A stretch of 64,000 nt of DNA. Origin: a virus. The notes beneath the pieces were generated by a model, which saw only the letters and a list, made by a program, of their open reading frames with translations, was not told the origin of the DNA and ran no database searches. A program made the position numbers and the translations under genes. Below, piece by piece: positions 17,304-27,375 of this stretch. Numbering within the stretch: the stretch's first letter is position 1; each line of letters opens with the position of its first letter. The DNA is taken from the IMG/VR virus record IMGVR_UViG_3300032282_005862, positions 34,630 through 98,629 of that record; one strand, 5' to 3'.

Positions 17304-18470
17304 ATGAATAAGAATATAAAAGAATCGTATTATGGTAAAAAAATAGATACAGCTAATATTTTAAATATTGAAGATGCAAGTAAATTAATTAATAATAAAA
17401 AAACCGTCGTAATAACTGGGGTAACTGGACAAGACGGAAGCCATATGGTAGATTTTTTACTTAAAAATACAGATTATCTTATTTTTGGTGGAGTAAGAAG
17501 ATTAAGCGTTTATAACCACGAAAATATCAAACATATTAAGTCTGATAGGTTTCATTTAATTAATTTCGATTTAACAGATTCACATGCTATATCTAGAACT
17601 ATCGAAAAACTTCAACCAGATTATTTTATTAATTTTGCGGCTCAGAGTTTTGTAGCCAGTAGTTGGGATTTTTCAAGACAAACTTGGGCAACTAATTCAA
17701 CTGCAGTTCTTGATATTTTAGAAGCCATAAGACTTTACAAGCCTTCTTGTAGACTTTATCAAGCTGGATCTAGCGAAGAATTTGGTAATATTTTATATGC
17801 CCCACAAGATGAAAAGCATCCATTAAGGCCAAGAAGTCCATATGGAGCAAGCAAAGCAGCTTCTAGACAGTTAGTTAAGGTTTACAGAGATTCATACAAT
17901 TTATACGCAATTCAAGGATGGCTTTTCAATCACGAAGGAACTCGTAGAGGCGAAGAATTTGTAACAAGAAAAATTACTAAAAACGTAGCTAGAATTTTTA
18001 ATTCAATTAAGAATAATAAATTTTTTGAACCATTAGAATTAGGAAATATTGATGCGAAAAGAGATTGGAGTGATGCCGAAGATTTTGTAGAAGGAGTTTG
18101 GATGATGTTAAATCAAGATATTTATAATCCAAATTACAACGGAACACCAAATGAATACATCTTTTCCTCAAACGAAACTCATACAATTAGAGAATTTGTA
18201 GAAAAAGCTTTTGATTACGTTGGTATTAAAGGTAATTGGGTTTATATTGACCCAGATGCAAGAGCCGAGAATGAAATTTTTTGTAGAAAAAAAGATGATG
18301 GCGATTACGAATTGCTAGTAAAAATTAATCCAAAATTTTATAGACCAGCAGAAGTCGAATTACTTCTTGGAGACTCTACAAGAGCAAGAACTGAATTAAA
18401 TTGGAAACCTAAAATTTCATTTAATAATTTAGTTAAAAAAATGGTTATTAATGATTTAAATAATCTTTAA
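17304..18470 (+). CDS. gmd: GDP-mannose 4,6-dehydratase
   Basis: ITGVTGQDGS, AAQSFV, PRSPYGASK, LFNHE..RRGEEFVTRKI, LGNIDAKRDW, RPAEVELLLGD. Confidence 0.93.
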   Translation: MNKNIKESYYGKKIDTANILNIEDASKLINNKKTVVITGVTGQDGSHMVDFLLKNTDYLIFGGVRRLSVYNHENIKHIKSDRFHLINFDLTDSHAISRTIEKLQPDYFINFAAQSFVASSWDFSRQTWATNSTAVLDILEAIRLYKPSCRLYQAGSSEEFGNILYAPQDEKHPLRPRSPYGASKAASRQLVKVYRDSYNLYAIQGWLFNHEGTRRGEEFVTRKITKNVARIFNSIKNNKFFEPLELGNIDAKRDWSDAEDFVEGVWMMLNQDIYNPNYNGTPNEYIFSSNETHTIREFVEKAFDYVGIKGNWVYIDPDARAENEIFCRKKDDGDYELLVKINPKFYRPAEVELLLGDSTRARTELNWKPKISFNNLVKKMVINDLNNL

Positions 18471-18477
18471 ATTAAAC

Positions 18478-20322
18478 ATGAAAATCTTGATTCCGATGGC
18501 TGGTCTTGGTAAAAGATTTCAAGAATTTGGCTATTCAGACCCTAAGCCATTAATAAAAATATTTGGAGATGAAATGATCCAAAATGTTATTAGCAATTTA
18601 GATATTTCTTCTGATGATGAATTAATTATTATTTATAATAAAATTTTAGAAAAATTTAATTTTGAATCACTTCTAAATTTTAAAAACAGTATCAATATCA
18701 AATTTTTAAAATTAGAAAACGACACTAAAGGGGCAACCGAAACAGTATTTAAATATTTAGAAAAAATAAATTCAAATGAGCCAATATTAATAATTGATTG
18801 TGATACGATTTATTATGAAAATATTATTTCTAAATGCAAAAACACAAAAGAAAATAAAATTTTTTACAGCATAAATAAAGATAAAGATCCAATATATTCA
18901 TATATTAAAATTAATAATCAAGGTCTCGTGGAAGAGATAAAAGAAAAGTGCAAAATTTCCGATAATGCAAATGTAGGTGCTTATTTTTTTAAAAGCATAA
19001 ATGAATTTAAAGAATACGCATTAAAGCTAATAAATAATTCGAATGAACAAAATGAGTTGTATATTTCAAAAGTATACGATTTAATGTTAAAAGATAACAT
19101 ATCAATTCAGTCAGAACAAATTAAAGATTTTTATTGCGTAGGAACACCATTACAATTACAAAAATATTGCGCAGCACATAAAAATAATAAAAAAAGATTT
19201 GTGTTTGATTTAGATAATACTCTTGTTTCTTATCCAGAAATCAAAGGAGATTATTCAACAGTGAAGCCTATCGAGAAAAATATAAAATTTTTAAATTTTT
19301 TAAAAAGCTTGGGTAATTATATTATAATTTATTCTGCTAGACGCATGAAAACTTTTAATGGTAATGTTAAACTTGTTGAACATGATATAAGAGAAATAAC
19401 AGAAAAAACATTAAAAAAATTTAACGTTGAATATGACGAGCTGATTCTCGGAAAACCTTACGCAAATTTTTATATTGATGATTTAGCAATATATAGCTAT
19501 GATGATTTAGAGAAAAAAACTGGATTTTATAACACTTCAATAGAGCCAAGAGATTTTCATAAAATAGAGGTTTATGATAATTTAGTAGTCAAATACGGTA
19601 ATCTTCAAGGAGAATGTTATTGGTATAAAAATATACCAAAAGAAATTCATAAATATATACCTAAAATACATAAACTATCTGACTCTGTAATAGAAATGGA
19701 GAAAGTTAATGGAATAGCTTTATCCTTTTTAAATGTAAACGGAACTTTATCTAAAAAAGAACTTAATCAACTTTTTTCAATATTAAATACTATACATCAA
19801 TATAAATACGTAGAAAATATAGATATAAAAACTTTTTATTTAAATAAATTAAAACAAAGATATGAAAATAAAATATATAAAAATTTACAAAACTCATATG
19901 ATTTTTACAGTTTTTTCGTAAATTATTTTGAAAATTTAAATTTAAATAATTTATCATTAATTCATGGGGATCCTGTTTTTTCAAATATATTATATACAGT
20001 AAATAATGATATAATATTTATAGATCCAAGAGGCTTAGTGGAGCAAACAAAATGTATTTATGGAGACATATTTTATGATTATGCAAAAATTTATCAATCA
20101 ATTTGTGGATATGATTATATCCTATTAAACAAAGAACTCAATCTGGAAAGTATACAAATAAATAAAAATATTTTTAAGGAATATTTCTTACAAAAATTTT
20201 CTGAAAAAGAATTTGAATATGTTAAAATTTTAAAAGATTATTTAATATATACTTTACTGCCCTTACATTCAGATGAAGTTAAAATTATTAAATATTATAA
20301 TTTAATAGAACTTAATAATTGA
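18478..20322 (+). CDS. three-domain fusion: sugar nucleotidyltransferase, HAD phosphatase and APH/choline-kinase-like domain
   Basis: IPMAGLGKRF, then FVFDLDNTL...GKPYA..YIDD, then IHGDPVFSNI..FIDPRG. Confidence 0.8.
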   Translation: MKILIPMAGLGKRFQEFGYSDPKPLIKIFGDEMIQNVISNLDISSDDELIIIYNKILEKFNFESLLNFKNSINIKFLKLENDTKGATETVFKYLEKINSNEPILIIDCDTIYYENIISKCKNTKENKIFYSINKDKDPIYSYIKINNQGLVEEIKEKCKISDNANVGAYFFKSINEFKEYALKLINNSNEQNELYISKVYDLMLKDNISIQSEQIKDFYCVGTPLQLQKYCAAHKNNKKRFVFDLDNTLVSYPEIKGDYSTVKPIEKNIKFLNFLKSLGNYIIIYSARRMKTFNGNVKLVEHDIREITEKTLKKFNVEYDELILGKPYANFYIDDLAIYSYDDLEKKTGFYNTSIEPRDFHKIEVYDNLVVKYGNLQGECYWYKNIPKEIHKYIPKIHKLSDSVIEMEKVNGIALSFLNVNGTLSKKELNQLFSILNTIHQYKYVENIDIKTFYLNKLKQRYENKIYKNLQNSYDFYSFFVNYFENLNLNNLSLIHGDPVFSNILYTVNNDIIFIDPRGLVEQTKCIYGDIFYDYAKIYQSICGYDYILLNKELNLESIQINKNIFKEYFLQKFSEKEFEYVKILKDYLIYTLLPLHSDEVKIIKYYNLIELNN

Positions 20323-20347
20323 CTCAAATCTATATTTATGATACATT
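20319..20347 (+). promoter_or_regulatory. sigma70-type promoter, leaderless (TTGACT-17-TACATT-6-ATG, extended -10 TG)
   Basis: Read directly from sequence. Confidence 0.65.
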
Positions 20348-20353
20348 TTAAAA

Positions 20354-20686
20354 ATGAAAAGCCATAAGCTTTGTCAGTTCATAGCGAAAAAACATATAAA
20401 AGATAAGATAAATTGGCCAAGAGAGATTAAAATTGCTCAAATATTAACTAAAAGATTCAAGGAATTCGAATTTTGGGATAACTTAAGAGATTTTAAGCTT
20501 CCATCTTTGGCATGGTTTCTTAAAAGCGAAGGCAAAGCTTTCCTATTATCAGAATATGAGAAATTTAAATTAAATTTAAATATAGAAGTAATAAAACTGG
20601 AAGATAATAAAGTTCAAGATGATAAAAAGATTTGCAAAAAGCCTAAAAGTTTGATAGAATTTATAAGATATGGCAAAAAAATCTAA
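20354..20686 (+). CDS. hypothetical protein
   Basis: 110-aa ORF overlapping the recA start. Confidence 0.65.
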   Translation: MKSHKLCQFIAKKHIKDKINWPREIKIAQILTKRFKEFEFWDNLRDFKLPSLAWFLKSEGKAFLLSEYEKFKLNLNIEVIKLEDNKVQDDKKICKKPKSLIEFIRYGKKI

Positions 20687-21812
20687 AGAAGAAATTATTG
20701 AACCATCTGGTCCAAGTGCATCAGATAGACTATTATCCTTTTTAAAGGAAAATAAAGAAGATCATTACAATTTTGAAGATGAGGTATACTATAAAGTATC
20801 AACTGGTAGTTTAAACCTGGATATCGCTACAAGCGGTGGTTTATGCCCAGGTTTGCATAGATTTATTGGTATGAATGAAGGTGGTAAAACTTCAGAAGCA
20901 CTCGAAGTAACAAAAAACTTTCTTAAAACTGTAGATAATTCTAGAGCTTTGCTCTTTAAAGCAGAAGGAAGATTAAGCAAAGAAATTAAAGATCGCTCTG
21001 GTATCAAGTTCGTAACTGACGCTAAAGAATGGGTTGATGGAACTTGCTTCGTATTTGAATGTAATATTTTTGAAACAGTTTCTGAATTGATGAAAGACCT
21101 CATTCAATCAAATGATGAAAATAAAAGATATATCTTTATTCTTGATTCAGTTGATGGTTTGATGACAAAAGGTGATTCTCAAAAGAGCATGACAGAAGCA
21201 ACAAAGGTTGCTGGTGGAGCAGTCATATCTTCAATGTTGATGAAGAAGATTTCTCTTGCGCTTTCTAAACGTGGACATATGGCAATCTTTATTAGTCAAG
21301 TTCGATCTGATATTAAACTTGATCCTTATGCAGCAAATAAGGATATTCGTCAAACTACTGCAACTGGTGGAAATGCACTATTGCATTTTGCTAATTGGAT
21401 TCTTGAATTTGAACCAAAGTTTAATAAAGACCTTATCCTTGAAAAACCAAATGACAAATATGATCCAATTAAGAATAAAATTATTGGACATAATGTTAAG
21501 ATTGTTATTAAAAAATCCACAAATGAATCTACAAACTCCAAGATTCAGTACCCAATCAAATATGGTCGTAAAGATGGTTCTTCTGTTTGGAGAGAATACG
21601 AAATTATTGATCAAATCCTAGCTTGGGAATTTGCAACTGCAAAAGGAGCATGGGTTACTTTTTCTGATGAAATTATTGAAGAACTTAAAAAAGTAAATCT
21701 AGAGCTTAAGAAGCAACATCAAGGAGTAGATAATCTGAGGTCTTATCTCGAAGAAAATAAACCAATTGTAGACTATTTCTATAACAAATTCATTAATACT
21801 CTTGCGTCATGA
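20670..21812 (+). CDS. recA: RecA-family recombinase
   Basis: VSTGSLNLDIA, Walker A GMNEGGKT, FILDSVDG, FISQVR, TGGNALLHFA, KGAW. Confidence 0.85.
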   Translation: MAKKSKEEIIEPSGPSASDRLLSFLKENKEDHYNFEDEVYYKVSTGSLNLDIATSGGLCPGLHRFIGMNEGGKTSEALEVTKNFLKTVDNSRALLFKAEGRLSKEIKDRSGIKFVTDAKEWVDGTCFVFECNIFETVSELMKDLIQSNDENKRYIFILDSVDGLMTKGDSQKSMTEATKVAGGAVISSMLMKKISLALSKRGHMAIFISQVRSDIKLDPYAANKDIRQTTATGGNALLHFANWILEFEPKFNKDLILEKPNDKYDPIKNKIIGHNVKIVIKKSTNESTNSKIQYPIKYGRKDGSSVWREYEIIDQILAWEFATAKGAWVTFSDEIIEELKKVNLELKKQHQGVDNLRSYLEENKPIVDYFYNKFINTLAS

Positions 21813-22228
21813 GATTATTAAATATTAACGGCAAGCTCGTTAATAAAAATGTAAGAAATTACGAAATAGATTGGGATGGAAAATGTAGAAGTAAATTGCA
21901 ATTTAAATTCAAGCAATTCTTCTACCCTTACTGGAAAAATCACATTGTATATGAAGAGTTTCCAGTTTATGGAAGTATGCTTAAAGTAGATTTATTAAAT
22001 GCGACTAAAAAGATAGCAGTTGAGATACAAGGTAATCAACACGAGAGCTTTAATAAGTTCTTTCATGATAATTCTAGATTAAAATATCTCCAAAGCATAA
22101 AAAGAGATGTTAAAAAAGAAAAATGGTTAGAAATGAATGGATTTAAGTTTTTAGAACTCTACGAAAATGACTTAAAAAATTTATCACCACAATATATAGA
22201 AGAAAAATGCGGAATATTAATTATTTAA
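21809..22228 (+). CDS. DUF559/Vsr-like PD-(D/E)XK endonuclease
   Basis: EEFPV, KVD, IAVEIQGNQH, RD..K..W...NG. Confidence 0.7.
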   Translation: MRLLNINGKLVNKNVRNYEIDWDGKCRSKLQFKFKQFFYPYWKNHIVYEEFPVYGSMLKVDLLNATKKIAVEIQGNQHESFNKFFHDNSRLKYLQSIKRDVKKEKWLEMNGFKFLELYENDLKNLSPQYIEEKCGILII

Positions 22229-22234
22229 GTGTAA
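22229..22234 (+). promoter_or_regulatory. GTGTAA motif
   Basis: 9 nt upstream of GTG 22244. Confidence 0.5.
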
Positions 22235-22243
22235 AATTTTCTG

Positions 22244-22519
22244 GTGACAAATAAGAAAAAATTCAATTTTCCAGACTCTCTTTTAAAGCAAATTGATGAA
22301 TGCAGTTTTGGCGGATATATTCTTTTTAATTTTTCCAGCAAAGGTGAACCGCAAGTATATACAAAATTTGATAATCAAATAAATGCCATGGCACTTTTAT
22401 ATTATATTAATACATGGAGTCAAAGTATTGACCAGTTGAATTTAGAAGCAACAACAGATCAAATTGCAAGAAAAAATCAAGAAGACGATGATTTTGATGA
22501 TTCAGAAGATAAAGATTAA
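22244..22519 (+). CDS. hypothetical protein with acidic tail
   Basis: 91-aa ORF. Confidence 0.65.
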   Translation: MTNKKKFNFPDSLLKQIDECSFGGYILFNFSSKGEPQVYTKFDNQINAMALLYYINTWSQSIDQLNLEATTDQIARKNQEDDDFDDSEDKD

Positions 22520-22522
22520 AAC

Positions 22523-22551
22523 TTGACTTTTAATTTCTAATTTGGTATGAT
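22523..22551 (+). promoter_or_regulatory. sigma70-type promoter (TTGACT-17-TATGAT-9-ATG, extended -10)
   Basis: Read directly from sequence. Confidence 0.7.
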
Positions 22552-22560
22552 ATATAAAGG

Positions 22561-24045
22561 ATGATTTACTCCTTACAAGTAGAAAGACACGTATTAAGTG
22601 GTTTATTAAAGCATCAAGATCTTTTTGCGGATGTTGATGTATTTTTAACTGAAAATGATTTTTATAATGATGTTCATTCATCAATATATACTGTATTTAA
22701 AAATATTAAGCATAAAGGTGAAAATGTAGATAAAGTCTTATTAGCTGAAAAGATTAAGAATCTTGGAATTACATTCAAAGACGAAATTAATATATTTGAT
22801 TATATTGATAATTTAAGCTTCTCACAGATTACAGAAGAAGCCACAATGAACGCTTGTAAAGAGTTAATTAAATTAAGAGTCCGTAGAGAAATATCTCAAA
22901 CAGCAGATAAATTAAAAGAATATGTAAATAAAAACTCCGAAGATTCAATGGATGAGATCATTGGTAAAATTGATCAAATTTATAATAAAAAGATATCATC
23001 ATATTCAGAAAATGATGTGCCAATTAATATTTTTGAAGGAGTTGAAGATCTTGTTGAAGAAATTGGAAATAGCCCTAAAGAAGATACTGGTTTGATAACT
23101 CCATATTCTGAATTTAATAGAATGTATGGTGGTTTAAAGAATGGTAATATTTATGCAATTGCAAGTAGACCAGGTCAAGGAAAATCAACTTGGTTAAATG
23201 ATATCTGTTTTAAAACTTCAATTAATCCTAAAAATAAAACTAAAACTCTTATTCTTGATACTGAAATGCAAACAGTAGATATTCAATTAAGAATGGTTGC
23301 GTCTTTAAGTGGAGTTCCAGTTTGGTATCTTGAAACTGGTAATTGGCGTAAAAATGAAGAAATGACAAAAAAAGTAAGAGAAGCTTGGGATAAAGTTAAA
23401 AAATATGAATACTTTCATTATCATGTAGGCAATAAAAATATTGATCAAGTATGCTCTATTATTCGTAGATGGTATCTTTCTAAAGTTGGCAGAGGAAATC
23501 AAGCTATGATCGCTTATGATTATATTAAATTAACTGGAGAAAAAGTAGGTCAAAATTGGGCAGAACATCAAGCAATTGGAGATAAGATTGATAAACTTAA
23601 AAGAATCTCAGAAGAAATTCATTGTCCAATTATTACTGCTATGCAATTAAATCGAACTGGTGAAAGTTTTAATAGAAAAGGTTCAGAAGTTGTGGATGAT
23701 AGCTCTGTAATTTCTCTTTCGGATAGATTACAATGGTTTGCGTCATTCGTAGCAATCTTTAGAAGAAAAACTTTAGATGAGATTACTCTTGATGGCCAAA
23801 CATTTGGAACGCATAAATTGATTCCAACTAAAACTAGATTCCAAGGAAAAGATGCAGCTGGTCATCAAGATTTAGTTAGAAGACTAGATTGTACTGGTAA
23901 AGAAATATGGTCACAAAATTATTTAAATTATAATGTTCAAAACTTTAATATTGAAGAAAGAGGATCACTCGCAGATGTAGCAGAGCGTCAAAGAGAACAA
24001 TACGAACTTAATGATGCAAATGCAAATGACGGAGAATTATTATGA
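22561..24045 (+). CDS. dnaB: replicative DNA helicase DnaB
   Basis: N-terminal DnaB domain, ASRPGQGKS, DTEM, YDYIKL, MQLNR, KTR. Confidence 0.92.
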   Translation: MIYSLQVERHVLSGLLKHQDLFADVDVFLTENDFYNDVHSSIYTVFKNIKHKGENVDKVLLAEKIKNLGITFKDEINIFDYIDNLSFSQITEEATMNACKELIKLRVRREISQTADKLKEYVNKNSEDSMDEIIGKIDQIYNKKISSYSENDVPINIFEGVEDLVEEIGNSPKEDTGLITPYSEFNRMYGGLKNGNIYAIASRPGQGKSTWLNDICFKTSINPKNKTKTLILDTEMQTVDIQLRMVASLSGVPVWYLETGNWRKNEEMTKKVREAWDKVKKYEYFHYHVGNKNIDQVCSIIRRWYLSKVGRGNQAMIAYDYIKLTGEKVGQNWAEHQAIGDKIDKLKRISEEIHCPIITAMQLNRTGESFNRKGSEVVDDSSVISLSDRLQWFASFVAIFRRKTLDEITLDGQTFGTHKLIPTKTRFQGKDAAGHQDLVRRLDCTGKEIWSQNYLNYNVQNFNIEERGSLADVAERQREQYELNDANANDGELL

Positions 24046-24698
24046 ATGTAGATTTAATATCAATTACAAAACCAGAAATTAAAGGAATTAAAAATCCAGA
24101 AGATTTAGTAGCATTTTGTGCTAGAGTTAGTAATCCATCTAATCAAATGAATGTAGAAACTGCTCCCAAATTATTAAAATTCTTAATAAAGCATAAACAT
24201 TGGAGTCCATTTGAACTTGTTGATATGTGCGTTGAGATAAAAACTAGTAGAGGAATTGCAGCTCAAATTCTTAGACATAGATCATTTAGCTTCCAAGAGT
24301 TTAGTCAAAGATATAGTATTGCAAACGAATTTGAAGATGTTGAGCTTCGTTTGCAAGGAGATAAAAATAGGCAAGTGGGAGAGATTCTTATGCCCACAAA
24401 TACGGATGCATACGATAAAATTAATGAACTTCTAGTAGAATCTTTATCTCTTTCACAACATTGTTATGATACAATGATTGAAAACGGAGTAGCAAAAGAA
24501 GTAGCAAGAATGATATTACCCTTGAGTACTCAAACCACAATGTATATGAAAGGATCTTTAAGAAGTTGGATTCATTATATTGAATTGAGAACCGAACAAA
24601 ATACCCAAAAAGAACATAGAATGATTGCTGAAAAATGTAAAAAAATCTTTATTAAAGAATTTCCTATAATAAGCGAGGCATTAGAATGGATCAAGTAA
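24042..24698 (+). CDS. thyX: flavin-dependent thymidylate synthase
   Basis: HWSPFE, QILRHRSFSFQEFSQRY, KEVARMILP, TQKEHR. Confidence 0.95.
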   Translation: MNVDLISITKPEIKGIKNPEDLVAFCARVSNPSNQMNVETAPKLLKFLIKHKHWSPFELVDMCVEIKTSRGIAAQILRHRSFSFQEFSQRYSIANEFEDVELRLQGDKNRQVGEILMPTNTDAYDKINELLVESLSLSQHCYDTMIENGVAKEVARMILPLSTQTTMYMKGSLRSWIHYIELRTEQNTQKEHRMIAEKCKKIFIKEFPIISEALEWIK

Positions 24699-25591
24699 AT
24701 GTTTATCAAATTTTAACTGATTTAGGATATAAGTTAAAAGATTTTGGAAAAGAGTATAGAGCTAAACCCCTTTATAGAGATAGCGATAATGACACTGTGT
24801 TAAAAATTTACAAAGATACTGGTCATTGGTTTGATTTTAAAGAAAATATTAGTGGCGATTTTAGTTCATTAGTGGGAATGACATTAAAACTAGAAGATCC
24901 GAATAAAGCTAAAGAATGGTTAAAAGATAAAAATTTTGCATTTCATCAACCTAAAGAAATTTCCAAACCACTTCTTAAATCAACAAAAAAGTTTGATTTG
25001 GATCTTTTATCTAATTTAGAAAACGATAATTCATATTGGAATAAAAGAGGCATTAATAATGAGACTCTTGATCAATTTAAAGGTGGAGTAGGAAAAGCTG
25101 GAAAAATGAAAAACAGATACGTTTTCCCTATATTTGATATTAAAAATAATATTATAGGATTTTCTGGTAGAGATATTACAAATCTTTCTAAAATTAAGTG
25201 GAAGCATCTTGGAGAAAAAAGTGATTTTCTTTATCCATTATTTTTAAATTCAGAAGCTATACAATCTCAGAAAGAGATTATTCTTGTAGAAAGTATTGGC
25301 GATATGTTAAGTTTGTATCAAGCTGGAATTAAAAATATTTTAGTAACATTTGGAACAAGTTTAAGTTTAGCAATTTTAAATTATTGTTTAAAGATTGATA
25401 TGAAGAAAATTTATATTAGCCTAAATAATGATTCAGATAAAAACAACGCAGGTAATATTGGTGCAGAAAAAACCTATTCAAGACTTAAAAGATATTTTGA
25501 TGATAAACAATTAAAAATAGCCCTACCAAGTAAAAAAGATTTTGGAGAAATGAATAAAGAAGAAATATTAACATGGAAAAACAATCTCTAA
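24686..25591 (+). CDS. dnaG: DnaG-type primase (TOPRIM)
   Basis: RYVFPI, IGFSGR, ILVESIGD, KKDFGEM. Confidence 0.85.
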   Translation: MDQVNVYQILTDLGYKLKDFGKEYRAKPLYRDSDNDTVLKIYKDTGHWFDFKENISGDFSSLVGMTLKLEDPNKAKEWLKDKNFAFHQPKEISKPLLKSTKKFDLDLLSNLENDNSYWNKRGINNETLDQFKGGVGKAGKMKNRYVFPIFDIKNNIIGFSGRDITNLSKIKWKHLGEKSDFLYPLFLNSEAIQSQKEIILVESIGDMLSLYQAGIKNILVTFGTSLSLAILNYCLKIDMKKIYISLNNDSDKNNAGNIGAEKTYSRLKRYFDDKQLKIALPSKKDFGEMNKEEILTWKNNL

Positions 25592-25618
25592 AATAGTGGA
25601 GCAAAAAGGGTAAAAGTA

Positions 25619-25624
25619 GTGTAA
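25619..25624 (+). promoter_or_regulatory. GTGTAA motif
   Basis: 8 nt upstream of the endonuclease ATG. Confidence 0.55.
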
Positions 25625-25632
25625 TAATTTTT

Positions 25633-26397
25633 ATGGGATATATTTATAAAATAACAAATTTAATCAATAATAAAATATATATTGGTAAAACTACTGCAGA
25701 AAACCCTACTAGAAGGTGGACAGAACACAAAAGCAAAGCCAACAAAAGCCCAAGAACACCAATAGAATTTGCTATTAAAAAATATGGATACCAAAATTTT
25801 AAATTTGAAATAATCTTAAAATCTAATAATAAAAATCTTCCAAAATTAGAAACAAAAAATATATTAAAATATAATACTTTATCACCAAATGGATATAATT
25901 TGGAAATATATCAACCCAATAGAATTTTAACTAAAATTTCTATAGAAAAAATGAGTAAAAGCAATCAAGGCAAACTAAAGAGTAAAAATAAAACATCTAA
26001 ATATGTTGGAGTTTATAAAGATAAAAACTCTATACATACGGAATTAAGACATAGAAATATCAAATATAAAAAAGCATTTTCTTCAGAGATCAAAGCATCT
26101 ATAGCATATGATAAAATGGTTTTATTTCTATATGGGAATGAAGCAATTATAAATCATAAAAATAAAAAAAATAAATGGTCAAAACAAAATTTAAAAAATT
26201 TTTATAATTTCTTTATTAAAAAAACTTCTAAAGAAGAATCTAATTTATACTATGATCCAAAAAGAAAAAAATGGCAAGCTAGATTAAGATATAATAGTAA
26301 AACATTTCACCTAGGAAGATTTAAATCAAAAAAAGAAGCGATTAAAGCCAAAATAAAAAAAATGAAAGAATTAAAAATTTATGACCCAGCAAAATAA
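25633..26397 (+). mobile_element. free-standing GIY-YIG homing endonuclease with AP2-like DNA-binding domains
   Basis: GYIYKITN..NNKIYIGKT, PNGYN, TSKYVGV...AYD, KKWQARL..HLGRF. Confidence 0.8.
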
Positions 26398-27343
26398 AAC
26401 TTTATCTGCTTCAAGAATAAAAACTCTTGAAACGTGTTCATGGACATATTGGTTAAATTATCATTTAAAAATTCCACAAAGATCTAATGATGGAAGTGAT
26501 CGTGGTACGATTTGTCATACTATTTTTGAATTACTATTAAATAAAAGACATCTTAAAAACTATAAAAGAATTATAAAGAAAAATTCTATAGATGGCGATC
26601 AAGGGGTATCTAGGTTAGTTAAGAAGTTATCAATAAAAGTTAAACTCGATGAAAGTAATTATAAATTATTAAATGATATGATATTAGTTGGGCTTAAAAA
26701 TGATTTCTTTGGCGAAGGTGGCGAAATAGTTAAACCAGAATATTCTTTTGATATTGTAAATGAAGAGCCTAAATACCATATTAAGGGTTTTATAGATAAA
26801 CCCATTAAAATTAAAAAAGAAATGCATATAATTGACTATAAAAGCTCTAAATATAAGTTTAGGGGTGATGACCTTGAAGCTAATATTCAAGCAATGATGT
26901 ATAGCCTTGCAAGTAAGAAATTATGGCCTAAATTGAAGCCTATTGTTAAATTCTTATTTTTAAGATTTCCAAAACAGCCAATTCAAGAATTATCATTTGA
27001 TGATAATCAAATTAAAGGATTTGAGCATTATTTAGAGCATATTAATGATTATATCAATAAGTTTAATGAAGAATCTGCAAGATCTAATTTTGCAGTAGAT
27101 AATCAAAAAAATAAATGGATGTGTCAAGTTGGAGGATGGAAATGTCCATATAAAGACCCATATACATATTATGTTAAAGTTAACAATGAAGGTGAAGTTG
27201 TAGAAACTAGTCTAGAAAATAATTTTAAAAATATGAAAGGATTTAAAATAGAAACTCGAAAATATGAAGGATGTCCAAAATTTCAAACTAGTTTAGCTAA
27301 AGATGATTTTCTTGATAAATCAAAAGATGAATTTTTAGATTGA
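26381..27343 (+). CDS. PD-(D/E)XK exonuclease (Cas4/AddB-like)
   Basis: LSASRIKT..C, RGTICH, KGFID, IIDYKSSK, QAMMY, C-terminal Cys cluster. Confidence 0.8.
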   Translation: MTQQNKTLSASRIKTLETCSWTYWLNYHLKIPQRSNDGSDRGTICHTIFELLLNKRHLKNYKRIIKKNSIDGDQGVSRLVKKLSIKVKLDESNYKLLNDMILVGLKNDFFGEGGEIVKPEYSFDIVNEEPKYHIKGFIDKPIKIKKEMHIIDYKSSKYKFRGDDLEANIQAMMYSLASKKLWPKLKPIVKFLFLRFPKQPIQELSFDDNQIKGFEHYLEHINDYINKFNEESARSNFAVDNQKNKWMCQVGGWKCPYKDPYTYYVKVNNEGEVVETSLENNFKNMKGFKIETRKYEGCPKFQTSLAKDDFLDKSKDEFLD

Positions 27344-27368
27344 TTACTATTAAAAAGTCTGCTATATT
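27340..27368 (+). promoter_or_regulatory. sigma70-type promoter, leaderless (TTGATT-17-TATATT-7-ATG)
   Basis: Supports a start at 27376. Confidence 0.6.
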
Positions 27369-27375
27369 CAGTAAA

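Noticed and set aside
26381-27343. CRISPR-Cas system suggested by the Cas4-like nuclease
   Set aside because: No repeat-spacer array or other cas genes in the window. Solo Cas4-like nucleases are common in phage replication modules.
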